A DNA stretch of 32,000 nucleotides from Candidatus Kuenenia stuttgartensis (GTDB taxonomy: Bacteria > Planctomycetota > Brocadiia > Brocadiales > Brocadiaceae): the NCBI RefSeq assembly GCF_900232105.1, contig NZ_LT934425.1, positions 3,300,001 to 3,332,000 of the forward strand, given 5' to 3'. The position numbers and the translations under genes were made by a program. Below are positions 9,027 to 18,470 of this stretch, in pieces. The notes beneath the pieces were generated by a model, which saw only the letters and a list, made by a program, of their open reading frames with translations, ran no database searches and was not told the DNA's origin. The first letter of the stretch is position 1, and each line of letters begins with the position of its first letter.

Positions 9027-10064
9027 ATGAATCCATTTCTCAGTGAAAAAACCCGAATAGAATTTAAAAAAGCACATAAGAAAGAGCCTCATAGACGTCA
9101 TGCCGACCGAATCAAAGCTATACTTCTTCTTGATTCAGGATGGAGTTATGAAGAAGTAGCAGAAGCGCTCTTGTTAGACGATCAAACAATCAGGAATTAC
9201 GAAAAACTATACAAAGATAAAGGTTTCGACGGGCTTTTATCTGACAATTATGTTGGCTGTATGCCAAAACTCACTTGCGAACAAGAAGAACAATTAAAAG
9301 ATCATATCAGGAAAAACAACTATAGCGCGGCAAAAGAAATTGTTGAATATGTAAAACAGACATTCAATAAAATCTATACACCCGAAGGAATGGTACATAC
9401 CCTCGATAGATTAGGCTTTACTTACAAGAAAACTACAATAGTTCCAGGCAAAGCAAACCCTGAAAAACAAAAAGAATTTATCGAAAACTACAAACAACTC
9501 AAAGAAGAGAAAGCCCCTGGAGATAAGATACTTTTTATGGATGGAGTTCATCCACAGCACAATTCTACGTCTGCATATTGCTGGATAGAGAAAGGCAAAA
9601 AGAAGGAAATACCCTCTAATACCGGCAGGAAAAGAATAAATTTAAACGGGGCTATTGACATAGAAACCTTTGAAGTAACAATCCGGGAAGATGAAAGCAT
9701 CAATGCTCAATCAACAATAAAGCTTTTCCATGAAATAGAGTCAAGGTATGCTCAAGCCGGTACTATTTACATAATCTCTGATAATGCTAAATATTACAGG
9801 TCTAAGTTGGTCAAAGAATACCTTGCAAATTCGAGAATAAAGATCAAATTTCTCCCTTCCTATTCACCCAATTTAAATCTCATTGAAAGATTATGGAAAT
9901 TCTTTCGCAAAAAAATATTGTATAACAAGTATTATGATACTTATGAGAAGTTTAAAAACAAATGTTTAAGTTTTTTCAAAAATATTAACGAGTATACAGA
10001 TGAATTGTCTACTCTTTTAACTGAAAATTTTCAAATTATTGGCGAGCAAATTTCGAAAATCTGA
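9027..10064 (+). CDS. IS630-family (Tc1/mariner-like) transposase
   Basis: N-terminal HTH region, then FMDGVHPQHN, IISDNAKYYRS and LPSYSPNLNLIERLWKFFRKK. D to E spacing is 35 residues, as counted from the translation. Confidence 0.9.
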   Translation: MNPFLSEKTRIEFKKAHKKEPHRRHADRIKAILLLDSGWSYEEVAEALLLDDQTIRNYEKLYKDKGFDGLLSDNYVGCMPKLTCEQEEQLKDHIRKNNYSAAKEIVEYVKQTFNKIYTPEGMVHTLDRLGFTYKKTTIVPGKANPEKQKEFIENYKQLKEEKAPGDKILFMDGVHPQHNSTSAYCWIEKGKKKEIPSNTGRKRINLNGAIDIETFEVTIREDESINAQSTIKLFHEIESRYAQAGTIYIISDNAKYYRSKLVKEYLANSRIKIKFLPSYSPNLNLIERLWKFFRKKILYNKYYDTYEKFKNKCLSFFKNINEYTDELSTLLTENFQIIGEQISKI

Positions 10065-10095
10065 TTTGTTTGACTATATAATAGCGCAGAAAGAG

Positions 10096-10566
10096 TTACA
10101 CCATGCCGCCCTCAGAAATATCATAAACCCATGAGAGGTCTATTGGTTGATAATCAACGATCTCTTCTTTTGTAAAAAAAGCAGCTATTTCTTTTTCTGC
10201 GGAAGAAGGAGAATCCGAACCATGTATTAAATTAAAGCGGTTGCTTACCGCATAATCGCCCCGAATAGTTCCGGGTTCTGCCTTTGACCCGAAAGTGACG
10301 CCCATCATTTTACGCGCTATTTCTATGGCATTTTTACCCTTTACCACGATGACAACTACGGGAGAAGAAGTGGTATAGCTCACTAGAGGCTCGAAAAAAT
10401 CCTTCCCCTTATGGGAAACATAATGCGCTCGTGCCAAAGAGTCAGGGATCATCATCATCTTCATGCCGGTTATCTGCAATCCTTTTTCTTCAAACCGGGA
10501 AATGATCTTGCCAAGCAGGCGGCGCTGAATGGCATCCGGTTTCAATATAATTAACGTTTTTTCCAT
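10096..10566 (-). CDS. ndk: Nucleoside diphosphate kinase
   Basis: MEKTLIILKPDAIQRRLLGKIISRFEEKGL and the active-site NLIHGSD motif, 156 aa. Confidence 0.95.
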   Translation of the reverse strand: MEKTLIILKPDAIQRRLLGKIISRFEEKGLQITGMKMMMIPDSLARAHYVSHKGKDFFEPLVSYTTSSPVVVIVVKGKNAIEIARKMMGVTFGSKAEPGTIRGDYAVSNRFNLIHGSDSPSSAEKEIAAFFTKEEIVDYQPIDLSWVYDISEGGMV

Positions 10567-10572
10567 GTACAG

Positions 10573-11118
10573 CTATCCTTTCATTCCCTTAAGTTTCTTA
10601 ACATAATGCCCCCTGACCAAAAGAAAAAATTCCTGATATTCAGACGATTTATAATCGGGGAACGTCCACGGGAAGGATTCATATTTACCTTGGCGATAAT
10701 CCAATGTAACTTCAGCATATATGCCATCCCGTAAATAAATACGATGAGAAAAATCTTTGGTGGAAGCTAAAATAAGCCTGCTTTCATTGATATATCCCGG
10801 ATCTATATTCACCGGACGAGCTACAACATACTTTTCCTCTGAGGCGATTGCCTCCTCCAATGCGTTTGTTTTTATTTTTATGGCTGCGATTTCATCCGGC
10901 ATGATAAGCCTTTCAAAACTAAAAAACTGTCTCAAAATGCCTTCGCCCATCTCATCATTATAATATCTGGTATAGTGAAAAGGTTGTATATTGCTGCGAA
11001 GGTCAATTTCCCCAAAATATCCTTCGAGTGTTTCGCCTATTTGTGCAAAAAGTACTTGTACACCTGACAATACCCCTATAATTAAATTTGCCGGTTTTGG
11101 CCTTCCTATCTCACCCAC
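10573..11118 (-). CDS. DUF4416-like protein of unknown function
   Basis: 181 aa. The pattern PKPANLIIG...FHYTRYYNDEMG...NIDPGYI...LILASTKDFSHRIYLRDGIYAEVTL...FPWTFPDY matches my recollection of the DUF4416 family. It sits 6 nt from both proS and ndk. Confidence 0.6.
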   Translation of the reverse strand: MGEIGRPKPANLIIGVLSGVQVLFAQIGETLEGYFGEIDLRSNIQPFHYTRYYNDEMGEGILRQFFSFERLIMPDEIAAIKIKTNALEEAIASEEKYVVARPVNIDPGYINESRLILASTKDFSHRIYLRDGIYAEVTLDYRQGKYESFPWTFPDYKSSEYQEFFLLVRGHYVKKLKGMKG

Positions 11119-11124
11119 ATTATG

Positions 11125-12855
11125 TTAATTCGCACTCCTCTCTGTCTTTATCAGATGCTGCCGTATACGTTCAAGCTCTTGTTTGGTATTTTCGATGTGT
11201 GTTAAAAAAACTTCACCACTTTTTCTTAATTTTATCTCAAGTTCTTTTGTTTCGGTATATTTTTTCCCAATAATTATCTTTACGGGAATGCCTATTAAAT
11301 CGGCATCCTTGAATTTTACCCCTGGCCGCAAATCTCTGTCATCGAGTAATACATCGATTCCTTTCATGTTCGTCATATCGTCATAAATACTTCTTGCCGC
11401 GTCCATACATATTGTATCTTTGACGTTTACGGGAATAATGATAACATGGTATGGAGCAAGTGACATAGGCCATATAATCCCGTTTTCATCGTGTGATATT
11501 TCTATAATCGCCGCAATAATCCTATTCACTCCGATACCATAGCATCCCATAACTTTTGGCTTTTCTTTTCCATCCGCATCAAGGTAATGCGCTTTTAAAG
11601 CGCTCGTATATTTTGTTCCCAATTTAAAAACATGGCCTATTTCAATTCCCTGCGAGATTTCAAGAACATGATTACAATGCGGGCAATTATCACCCTGGGT
11701 TACATAACGAATATTTGCAATCTGATCAATTTTGAAATCCCTTTCGGAGTTAACGTTCAATAAATGATAATCTGTTTTATTCGCCCCCGTAACGAAATTA
11801 GAGAGCGTTGTAACCGCCTGATCGGCAATTATTTTAATTTTTAGACCTACAGGACCTGTAAAACCAACGTTTGCGCCGGTAGCGCGCTCAATAGTCTCAC
11901 GGCTTGCTAATTCAAAAGATTTCAAACCAAGAACACCTGACAATCTTGCTTCGTTCACTTCATGATCGCCTCGTAGGAGAACGGCAAACAGTTGTTCTTG
12001 TGAAGTATAGATTAGGGTCTTTACCATGTGATGTTGTGAGATATTCAAAAAATCACTGATTTCCCGGATAGTACGTTTGTCCGGCGTGTATATTTCCTCA
12101 AGCTTTCGCAGGGAATAATTCTCTTGTTGTGGTAAGGGGGCGGCTTCAGCCCTTTCACGATTTGCACTATAACCACAGTTCCGGCACAAAATCAATATGT
12201 CTTCTCCCACAGGACTTGGGACCATAAACTCATGGGAAGCATCCCCTCCCATTGCCCCGGAATCTGCTTCTGCAATAATATAATCAAGTCTGCACCGGTC
12301 GAAAATACGGCAATACGCATCATACATTAACTGATAACTGTTGTTTAAGCCCTTCTCGTCGAGATCAAAGCTATACGCATCCTTCATAATGAACTCCTTG
12401 CTCCTCAAAACACCAAAACGGGGCCTCATCTCATCTCTGAATTTCGTTTGAATTTGATACAACGTAATAGGAAGTTGCTTATAAGAATTGATTTCATTTT
12501 TAACTATATACGTAATAACTTCTTCGTGGGTAGGACTTAACACGGTTTCTTTGCCATGCCGGTCCTGAAAAGTTATCAGGTCTGCGCCGAAAACATCTAA
12601 TCGGCCACTTTCTTTTAACAGGTCTAAGTGTTGTAGTGCGGGAAGAAATACCTCTATCGCTCCAGAACGATTCATTTCTTCTCTCACAATGGCAATAACC
12701 TTGTTGAGAACCAACGTTCCTAATGGTAGGTATGCATACGCTCCGGAAGTTATTCGCCTGATAAGACCGGCGCGAATCATAAGCTTGTGGCTGTCTATTT
12801 CTGCTTCTGACGGACTTTCTTTTAATGTAGGAATTAATGTTTGAGACCATTTCAT
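11125..12855 (-). CDS. proS: Proline--tRNA ligase (bacterial type with editing insertion)
   Basis: MKWSQTLIPTLKESPSEAEIDSHKLMIRAGLIRRITSGAYAYLPLG, class II motifs (FRDEMRPRFGVLRSKEF; GCYGIGVNR), 576 aa. Confidence 0.95.
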   Translation of the reverse strand: MKWSQTLIPTLKESPSEAEIDSHKLMIRAGLIRRITSGAYAYLPLGTLVLNKVIAIVREEMNRSGAIEVFLPALQHLDLLKESGRLDVFGADLITFQDRHGKETVLSPTHEEVITYIVKNEINSYKQLPITLYQIQTKFRDEMRPRFGVLRSKEFIMKDAYSFDLDEKGLNNSYQLMYDAYCRIFDRCRLDYIIAEADSGAMGGDASHEFMVPSPVGEDILILCRNCGYSANRERAEAAPLPQQENYSLRKLEEIYTPDKRTIREISDFLNISQHHMVKTLIYTSQEQLFAVLLRGDHEVNEARLSGVLGLKSFELASRETIERATGANVGFTGPVGLKIKIIADQAVTTLSNFVTGANKTDYHLLNVNSERDFKIDQIANIRYVTQGDNCPHCNHVLEISQGIEIGHVFKLGTKYTSALKAHYLDADGKEKPKVMGCYGIGVNRIIAAIIEISHDENGIIWPMSLAPYHVIIIPVNVKDTICMDAARSIYDDMTNMKGIDVLLDDRDLRPGVKFKDADLIGIPVKIIIGKKYTETKELEIKLRKSGEVFLTHIENTKQELERIRQHLIKTERSAN

Positions 12856-13032
12856 TTTCTTGTTATTCCTTGATAAATTTTTAGTTTAGTATATGGTTTT
12901 AACAGCAAACTGCCATGAGAAAACATTATAATTCCTTATTCTTTGCGTTCAAGAGATAAAAATATACTATGTCTCTATTATAAAAAGCGAGTTACACTTT
13001 TATAACTAACCGTTAGGCTATGATGAAAATAT

Positions 13033-13060
13033 TTGACATACTACATTTTCGAATTATAAT
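13033..13060 (+). promoter_or_regulatory. Consensus sigma70-type promoter
   Basis: TTGACA (13033-13038), a 16-nt spacer, then TATAAT (13055-13060). It points toward the cytochrome gene at 13343. Confidence 0.45.
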
Positions 13061-13342
13061 GTGATTTTTATTTTTAAACCTTATGTTTGCCCATGAATAA
13101 CCCTGTTAATTGTGCCCAAAAAACACTCATCTTTGAAGAATATTGGTTCTTTAGCCAGTTGATAAAGCGCCACTAAGTTTTTGATGTTTTTAAAAAGCCT
13201 TACGTAATTAACAGCTGCATTGATTCAAGAATTAGTAGCAAATATTATTTGTTATGTAGGTTAGTGAATTATAGGTTGTGGTATTATTTTTGACTAGGTG
13301 CTTATAATTGGTAATTTTTATAGTACGTCTGGACTTTTTGTA

Positions 13343-13861
13343 ATGGAAGGGGAAAAAGCGTTGCGAAGTAAAATTCTGTTGATGTGCATATTCTCGATTG
13401 CTATCTTCAGTTTATCGGAAGACCGTTTTTGCTTGTGTGCTGAAGAAAATACTCAGGTTGAGGGTGAAAAAGAAGAGAAGAGCGAATTGGCCAAACTTAT
13501 GAAAGAAATAGATAAGAACTATAAGGCAACAGAAGAAATCTCTGGTTATTATAACTATAAAGAGAAAGAATGGAAAATTATAGGAGATGCGAGTGTTAAC
13601 CTCATAAATCTCTGCAAAATTGCTTTAAAAAAATTCGCGCGTCCAGATGATGAAAAATATCAGAAACTTAATAGAATGATGCTGGAAGAATCTGAGAAAA
13701 TGCATGAAGTATACGAACGCAGAGAGCAGGTTGGCGCATTAGAAGATGCCCAATGGCAGGTGCGCCGTTTGAGGCAAACATGCGCGTTATGCCACAAACA
13801 TTTAGGTATTCATCTCTACCCCAATTTATATCCTGGGCATAAAGATTGGGGAGTAAAATGA
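13343..13861 (+). CDS. Secreted/membrane-anchored monoheme cytochrome c with C-terminal CXXCH (class II, four-helix-bundle type)
   Basis: Hydrophobic N-terminus LRSKILLMCIFSIAIFSLS. Single heme motif CALCH close to the C-terminus (RQTCALCHKHLG), as in cytochrome c'/c556-type proteins. The ORF track starts at GTG 13298, and I prefer the in-frame ATG at 13343. Neither has a clear SD. Confidence 0.65.
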   Translation: MEGEKALRSKILLMCIFSIAIFSLSEDRFCLCAEENTQVEGEKEEKSELAKLMKEIDKNYKATEEISGYYNYKEKEWKIIGDASVNLINLCKIALKKFARPDDEKYQKLNRMMLEESEKMHEVYERREQVGALEDAQWQVRRLRQTCALCHKHLGIHLYPNLYPGHKDWGVK

Positions 13862-14292
13862 GGCGTAAAACATTTGTTCTGCTGTTTTGCCAAACCTCAG
13901 GCCGGTGAAAAACACGATATGCACATGTGATTTATTATAGGGCTATATCACGCATCGAAAAAGTGGTTCATTTCTTAAAATGAAGTACATAACTGTAATC
14001 AAATTAAACTTCCTCAATGCAAAAAATTTGATCAAAACCTTTAGTATTGCAACTTACAGTTATAAACCGCACACTGGTATAAATTAAACATTTTAGGTTT
14101 GTTGTGCTTAAAAATGTATAAAAGGCTAAAGCCATAATTGCGAATTACTTATAAATTTGTTTGTTGTTATTGGAATTGATGCTTTAGTATTTTATAAAAG
14201 TTTATTTATGTCCGTCTGCAGTATATTTCTTAAAATTATAAGGACAAGGTTTTTCCTCGAGTTCCAGACTGTTTTGGTATTCAAATTTTTGC

Positions 14293-14321
14293 TTGACTCA
14301 CTTTCTTTTCAATGATATATT
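14293..14321 (+). promoter_or_regulatory. Sigma70-like promoter in the ORF-free spacer
   Basis: TTGACT (14293-14298), a 17-nt spacer, then TATATT (14316-14321). It lies about 450 nt upstream of the next cytochrome gene. Confidence 0.4.
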
Positions 14322-14773
14322 GACAAGCCCTGAAGAAGCCGTACTATTTCTGAAATTAAATGGGTTTGGAGTGTCATTCAAAGAATTTATGAGGGGAAAA
14401 GCATCGCTTACCCAATAGATAGTACTAATTTGCTTGGTAATTACAGTAACCATGCAAATCTGGCGGTGTTTTTCATCATTTTATCGGAACGGTAGAATCT
14501 TGTGGATGGTGGTTGTAAATGTATAATGCAGTTAATTAGAAAAAAACTTTATCTAAGGAATAGTAGTTTTTATTCTGTGTATTTCTGAGTGAGAAAACAT
14601 TGATGGGTTTTGTAAACACATGCTGCTTCAAATATTTTTGCGCGAAGGGGGGGGGTGAAGAAGTATCTAAATTAACAGTAAATTTTTCTATTTCAGAGAT
14701 TTCTGGAATGTAAGCGCTAAGTAGGTAAACTTTTGATTAATATAATATAAATAAGTGAGGAGGGAAAAGAAAG

Positions 14774-15181
14774 ATGAAGCTAAAAAAAGGCATTTTAGCT
14801 GGGATTTGTGCGATGGTTATTTCTGGGATGGCATCGATTGGATATGGCGCAACACAACAAGAGATATGTAAGAATATGTGGGATCCTTTTCAATCAATGA
14901 GGGCTGTGACTGGATTAATGGAACTTACATCGGGTCAGTGTACACAATTATCAAAGGATGCGGCGGCTATTTTGGCAGGTGTAAAAGAATCACATGACAG
15001 TATTTCAGTAGATAAAAATTATAAGGTTTTGAATGATGAGGTTGCTTATCATGCTGCGAACATTGATGCTGCGGCAAAAGCGAATGATTTAGAGGAAGTT
15101 CAGGTGCAATTCAGGAGAATGACCATTGCATGCAGGAATTGTCATAAGATTTACAAGACAGAGCAAAGACTCGTTCCGTAA
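14774..15181 (+). CDS. Secreted monoheme cytochrome c with C-terminal CXXCH (class II, four-helix-bundle type)
   Basis: Signal peptide MKLKKGILAGICAMVISGMASIGYGA. Single CRNCH motif 14 residues from the C-terminus. Strong SD AGTGAGGAGGGA upstream. Confidence 0.8.
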   Translation: MKLKKGILAGICAMVISGMASIGYGATQQEICKNMWDPFQSMRAVTGLMELTSGQCTQLSKDAAAILAGVKESHDSISVDKNYKVLNDEVAYHAANIDAAAKANDLEEVQVQFRRMTIACRNCHKIYKTEQRLVP

Positions 15182-15226
15182 TATAAAATGCCTACGTTAA
15201 TTTCCAAATAGTGAGGAGGGATTATT

Positions 15227-15607
15227 ATGAAGTTGTTTCGTTTAAAATATGTATTACCACTTATTGCAGGGTTGGGTTTGTCTTTGACAAGCACAGCTTG
15301 GGCTTTGAATGAACACACCGCAGGTGATACAACAAAGAGTCCATATACTATATATGCGGGTCTTGGTTTTGCTGTACAAGAAAGTTGTTATTATTGCCAT
15401 GGAAATGGCGGGAAAGGAACTACCGAAGGACTTATTTTTGGAGTTCCTGATTTCACTAGCACAGAATTTCAATCATCAATGACAGATAAACAGATCATAG
15501 ATCATATTAATAAGGGAAAGGGTAAGTGTCCTTCTTACCAAGGAAAGATGTCTCCTGAAATGATTGAGAAAATGGCTGGTGTTGTGAGAAATTTTGCTGT
15601 AAAGTAA
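15227..15607 (+). CDS. Secreted class I monoheme cytochrome c
   Basis: Signal peptide ending TSTAWA. N-proximal CYYCHGNGGKG heme motif and a distal Met-rich segment KMSPEMIEKM. The 12-nt SD AGTGAGGAGGGA is identical to that of the preceding gene. Confidence 0.85.
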   Translation: MKLFRLKYVLPLIAGLGLSLTSTAWALNEHTAGDTTKSPYTIYAGLGFAVQESCYYCHGNGGKGTTEGLIFGVPDFTSTEFQSSMTDKQIIDHINKGKGKCPSYQGKMSPEMIEKMAGVVRNFAVK

Positions 15608-15659
15608 ATTCTCGCTATCGGGTTAATAGTAAACAAACCTTAGAGATGCAAAAATCAAA

Positions 15660-15702
15660 GGGTATATGAACAGCACAGTACGTTCATATGCCCTTTTTAT
15701 TT
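15660..15702 (+). terminator. Rho-independent terminator after the cytochrome genes
   Basis: gggtatatgaac (15660-15671) pairs with gttcatatgccc (15682-15693): 11 Watson-Crick pairs plus one G-U. It is followed by tttttattt. Confidence 0.75.
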
Positions 15703-15833
15703 CAAATATGGTAATGTACCTTTTTTAATAGCCGGTGTTTTGATTATATTAATCGATGTCTCATCGCGACAATAAACATTGTGCCATTCCAAGTTTTAAA
15801 ACTTCTTTCTAAAGATTTATCAAACTTCTTCCC

Positions 15834-18353
15834 ATGGAAACAAACTTAATTACTACTGAAAATTATTTTTACACCTTATTAAAAAAAAATTATCATACTT
15901 CGGAAAAAATACGTGCGCAAATTAGAGAAACGAAGGAAAAAGTTAGAAATATTGTACAAAGAGAGCCGTTAAAAGGGTTTACTATTAACTTTCAAGGAGA
16001 AGTCATTGGATGTTCTTTTGAAAAAACACTGAAAATAATTGCCAAACGCTTATTTAGCAAAGGAGTCGTTAATCATATTTTAACATTAAGGGATAAAAAT
16101 TCGGTAGAAGTAGATGCTACAGCAACACAAACTGAAGTGGAAGAACTCATTCGCTTTCTCATGAAACGTCATGTTGTCTTGCATTATAAGAAAAAAACGT
16201 CAAAAGATATCAGTAATATGTTGATAATCGATGAGAATGAACAAAATCAATTAGGAAGTTTTATTCCTGATTCACTTTGCTGTAATTATGCATCTTTTGT
16301 TGAATCTACTGAAAAATACACCGGAAGGCTGAATAGTTATCTTATTCTTAATAGTTTGCCCTTAACAACAGAAAAACTCGGTCGGGAGCTTCGTTTTAAC
16401 AAAATTGAAACAAAAAATAAAGTTTTCACGGGTACCGGTTTAAAAGAAATTTACTTAAATTTAAATTTTTTAAACCTTATCCTCATGTTGGATTTAGAAG
16501 AACACTATTTGAAACTTAGAATTTTTAGCGCACAGGAAGAATACCTGAAATCTGTCGAGGAAAAAATTGACAGTCTTGGTTTTTTTGCAGATATTTTTCA
16601 ATATATTGCAAGTGAAGATAATCCATTATTGTTCAACAAAAATTTGTTCATCGATTTAATGAGGATTGAACATATTATTGAAAAAGAAGATTGGAAATCA
16701 CTCCCTGCATATGGAGGTTATATTTACTCAGCATTAAATAAACTTAACGAACATTTCAAAATCATGGAGGAATATAATCTTTTTTTAACTTACGCCAACT
16801 GTATTGAGAAATTTTTGGCAAAATTAGACAAGAAGCTTTTCAAACAGAAATCAGACTTTAAAAATGAAAAAAATGATTTAAATGCAAACTACAATGAATT
16901 AAAAAAGCTACATATTTTATCCCGGCACCCCTCAATAAAGCATACCTATCTGGAGCTATTGAATTCTTTTAGTAAATTATTGACATACATTGATTTTATG
17001 TCCATGCAAAACAAATATTATGGCAAAGAAAATACGAGGCAAAAAGCGCTTTCCCTAAAAAGACAGGGAAATAGATTTATTTCAGGCATAAAAAAGTTTG
17101 TAACATCTGTTCTTGATCATTCGACCACTAATTCTATAAATTCCTTGCTTTCTAAAAAGGAAGTTTTTGTGAATGAACAAGAGGTAGATGTCCATAAGCT
17201 CATAGAAAAACTGAAAAAAAAGCTGAAAGAAATATCCCAATTAAAAACTGCTTCTGGAAGGGATGCTTATATGGAAGCCAGGACATGCATACCATTGCTC
17301 ACCTATTTGTCTGATATTTTAGATCAACTAAATGAGATAGTTAAAAAAGATGAATTGGGCAAGAATACTCAGGATTTATATAAAAATGTTTTTCTTAAAT
17401 CGAAATTGAATAAGTTCACTACGCTATTTAATGAATTGGACCGCTTAGTTACATTTGACGATGAAGATGAAAAGGAATTTGTCCGTAAAATATCGGCCGA
17501 TTTACAAAAATTCCTTTATAGTAAACCTTTAAAAGAAGACAATTATACAAAAATTATAGATAAAATTAGCGCTTTGGAGGATTTTGTAATAAATAAAAAC
17601 AAACCACATCTCGAAAGTGTTGATAAAATACATACCTTCACTCAAAAATTTAATCAGAATAACGTTTTTAAAAATATAATTGATATAAAAACGGAAATTG
17701 AAAAGATGCTTGAGCTAGAGAGGAAGTTCTTGCAAATTGAAACCTTTAAAAAGGAGGGTGATTTTTTTTCTTATAGCAGCAAAGAACTTGACTGTTTTCT
17801 TGAAGAAATAATAATATTTAATAAAAAATTGAAAGCAAACGGCTATTGGAACAACAAATCAAATTTTGAAGAAATCGAAAAAAAATTTGATCAATTGATT
17901 GCAGAGGTAAATGATATTGAAAACCGCATTGTTTCAAGCGCAAGGAATGAAAACAATAAAATATCTAAAGAAACCATAAAATACGTTGATTATTTAAAAA
18001 ATTCCATAGTGACAAGGAAGGGTTTGGAAGGTGCAGTTATTCTTATACAAAACCAAATTAGTCAAATAGCAGGATTTATTCATGCAATTAAAGCTTCTCT
18101 CTGCCAACAATCATTTGTCCACTCCGGAGTCTCAACCAGCGTGCTTTTTGATCAAATAACCTTTTTACTTAGTAGTATTGATGTAAAATTGCTGGATATG
18201 GACAAATTAACGGAAGACATGTTCATTGACTGTATTAGTACGATATCTCACTATCAAGTAGGAGAAACGTTTCAAGAGCCGCAAAATGACGATATTAATC
18301 GCTTAATGCTGGAAATTAGAAAAAGGGAAATAATCAAAACATATAAAAATTAG
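15834..18353 (+). CDS. Large hypothetical protein, K/N/E/L-rich, predicted mostly alpha-helical, no recognisable domain
   Basis: Uninterrupted 839-codon ORF in a very AT-rich stretch where random ORFs of this length are implausible. No signal peptide, Walker A or other motif recognised. Confidence 0.7.
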   Translation: METNLITTENYFYTLLKKNYHTSEKIRAQIRETKEKVRNIVQREPLKGFTINFQGEVIGCSFEKTLKIIAKRLFSKGVVNHILTLRDKNSVEVDATATQTEVEELIRFLMKRHVVLHYKKKTSKDISNMLIIDENEQNQLGSFIPDSLCCNYASFVESTEKYTGRLNSYLILNSLPLTTEKLGRELRFNKIETKNKVFTGTGLKEIYLNLNFLNLILMLDLEEHYLKLRIFSAQEEYLKSVEEKIDSLGFFADIFQYIASEDNPLLFNKNLFIDLMRIEHIIEKEDWKSLPAYGGYIYSALNKLNEHFKIMEEYNLFLTYANCIEKFLAKLDKKLFKQKSDFKNEKNDLNANYNELKKLHILSRHPSIKHTYLELLNSFSKLLTYIDFMSMQNKYYGKENTRQKALSLKRQGNRFISGIKKFVTSVLDHSTTNSINSLLSKKEVFVNEQEVDVHKLIEKLKKKLKEISQLKTASGRDAYMEARTCIPLLTYLSDILDQLNEIVKKDELGKNTQDLYKNVFLKSKLNKFTTLFNELDRLVTFDDEDEKEFVRKISADLQKFLYSKPLKEDNYTKIIDKISALEDFVINKNKPHLESVDKIHTFTQKFNQNNVFKNIIDIKTEIEKMLELERKFLQIETFKKEGDFFSYSSKELDCFLEEIIIFNKKLKANGYWNNKSNFEEIEKKFDQLIAEVNDIENRIVSSARNENNKISKETIKYVDYLKNSIVTRKGLEGAVILIQNQISQIAGFIHAIKASLCQQSFVHSGVSTSVLFDQITFLLSSIDVKLLDMDKLTEDMFIDCISTISHYQVGETFQEPQNDDINRLMLEIRKREIIKTYKN

Positions 18354-18470
18354 CGTAAACTGGTACAAATTTTACTTCCATTAATCCCGCACTATAGTGT
18401 GAGTGATATCAGTTATAAAATACATTTGTTTTCGCCCTGACTTTCAATATACGATGAAACACAAATGAAT

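Larger units (their letters stand above)
6943..10076 (+). mobile_element. IS630-family insertion sequence, interrupted in its 5' leader by an IS1634-family element
   Basis: Candidate ends are tagtaaaa... (6943) and ...tttgacta (10076). The outer 8 nt match 7/8 as inverted repeats (10/18 overall). Both ends are flanked by TA (6941-6942, 10077-10078), the IS630 target duplication. Length without the insert is 1120 bp. Confidence 0.5.

Noticed and set aside
12500-12850. 116-aa ORF overlapping proS in another frame; similar alternate-frame or antisense ORFs in prfC (5122-6750), def (20930-21337), fmt (21475-21900) and rsmB (23559-24053)
   Set aside because: All lie within confidently identified conserved genes and have compositionally odd translations with no motifs.
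14603-14713. 36-codon Cys-rich mini-ORF containing the G9 tract
   Set aside because: It is not annotated as a CDS. It has a weak ribosome-binding context and no homology evidence, and it is short enough to arise by chance. It is kept only as part of the spacer finding.
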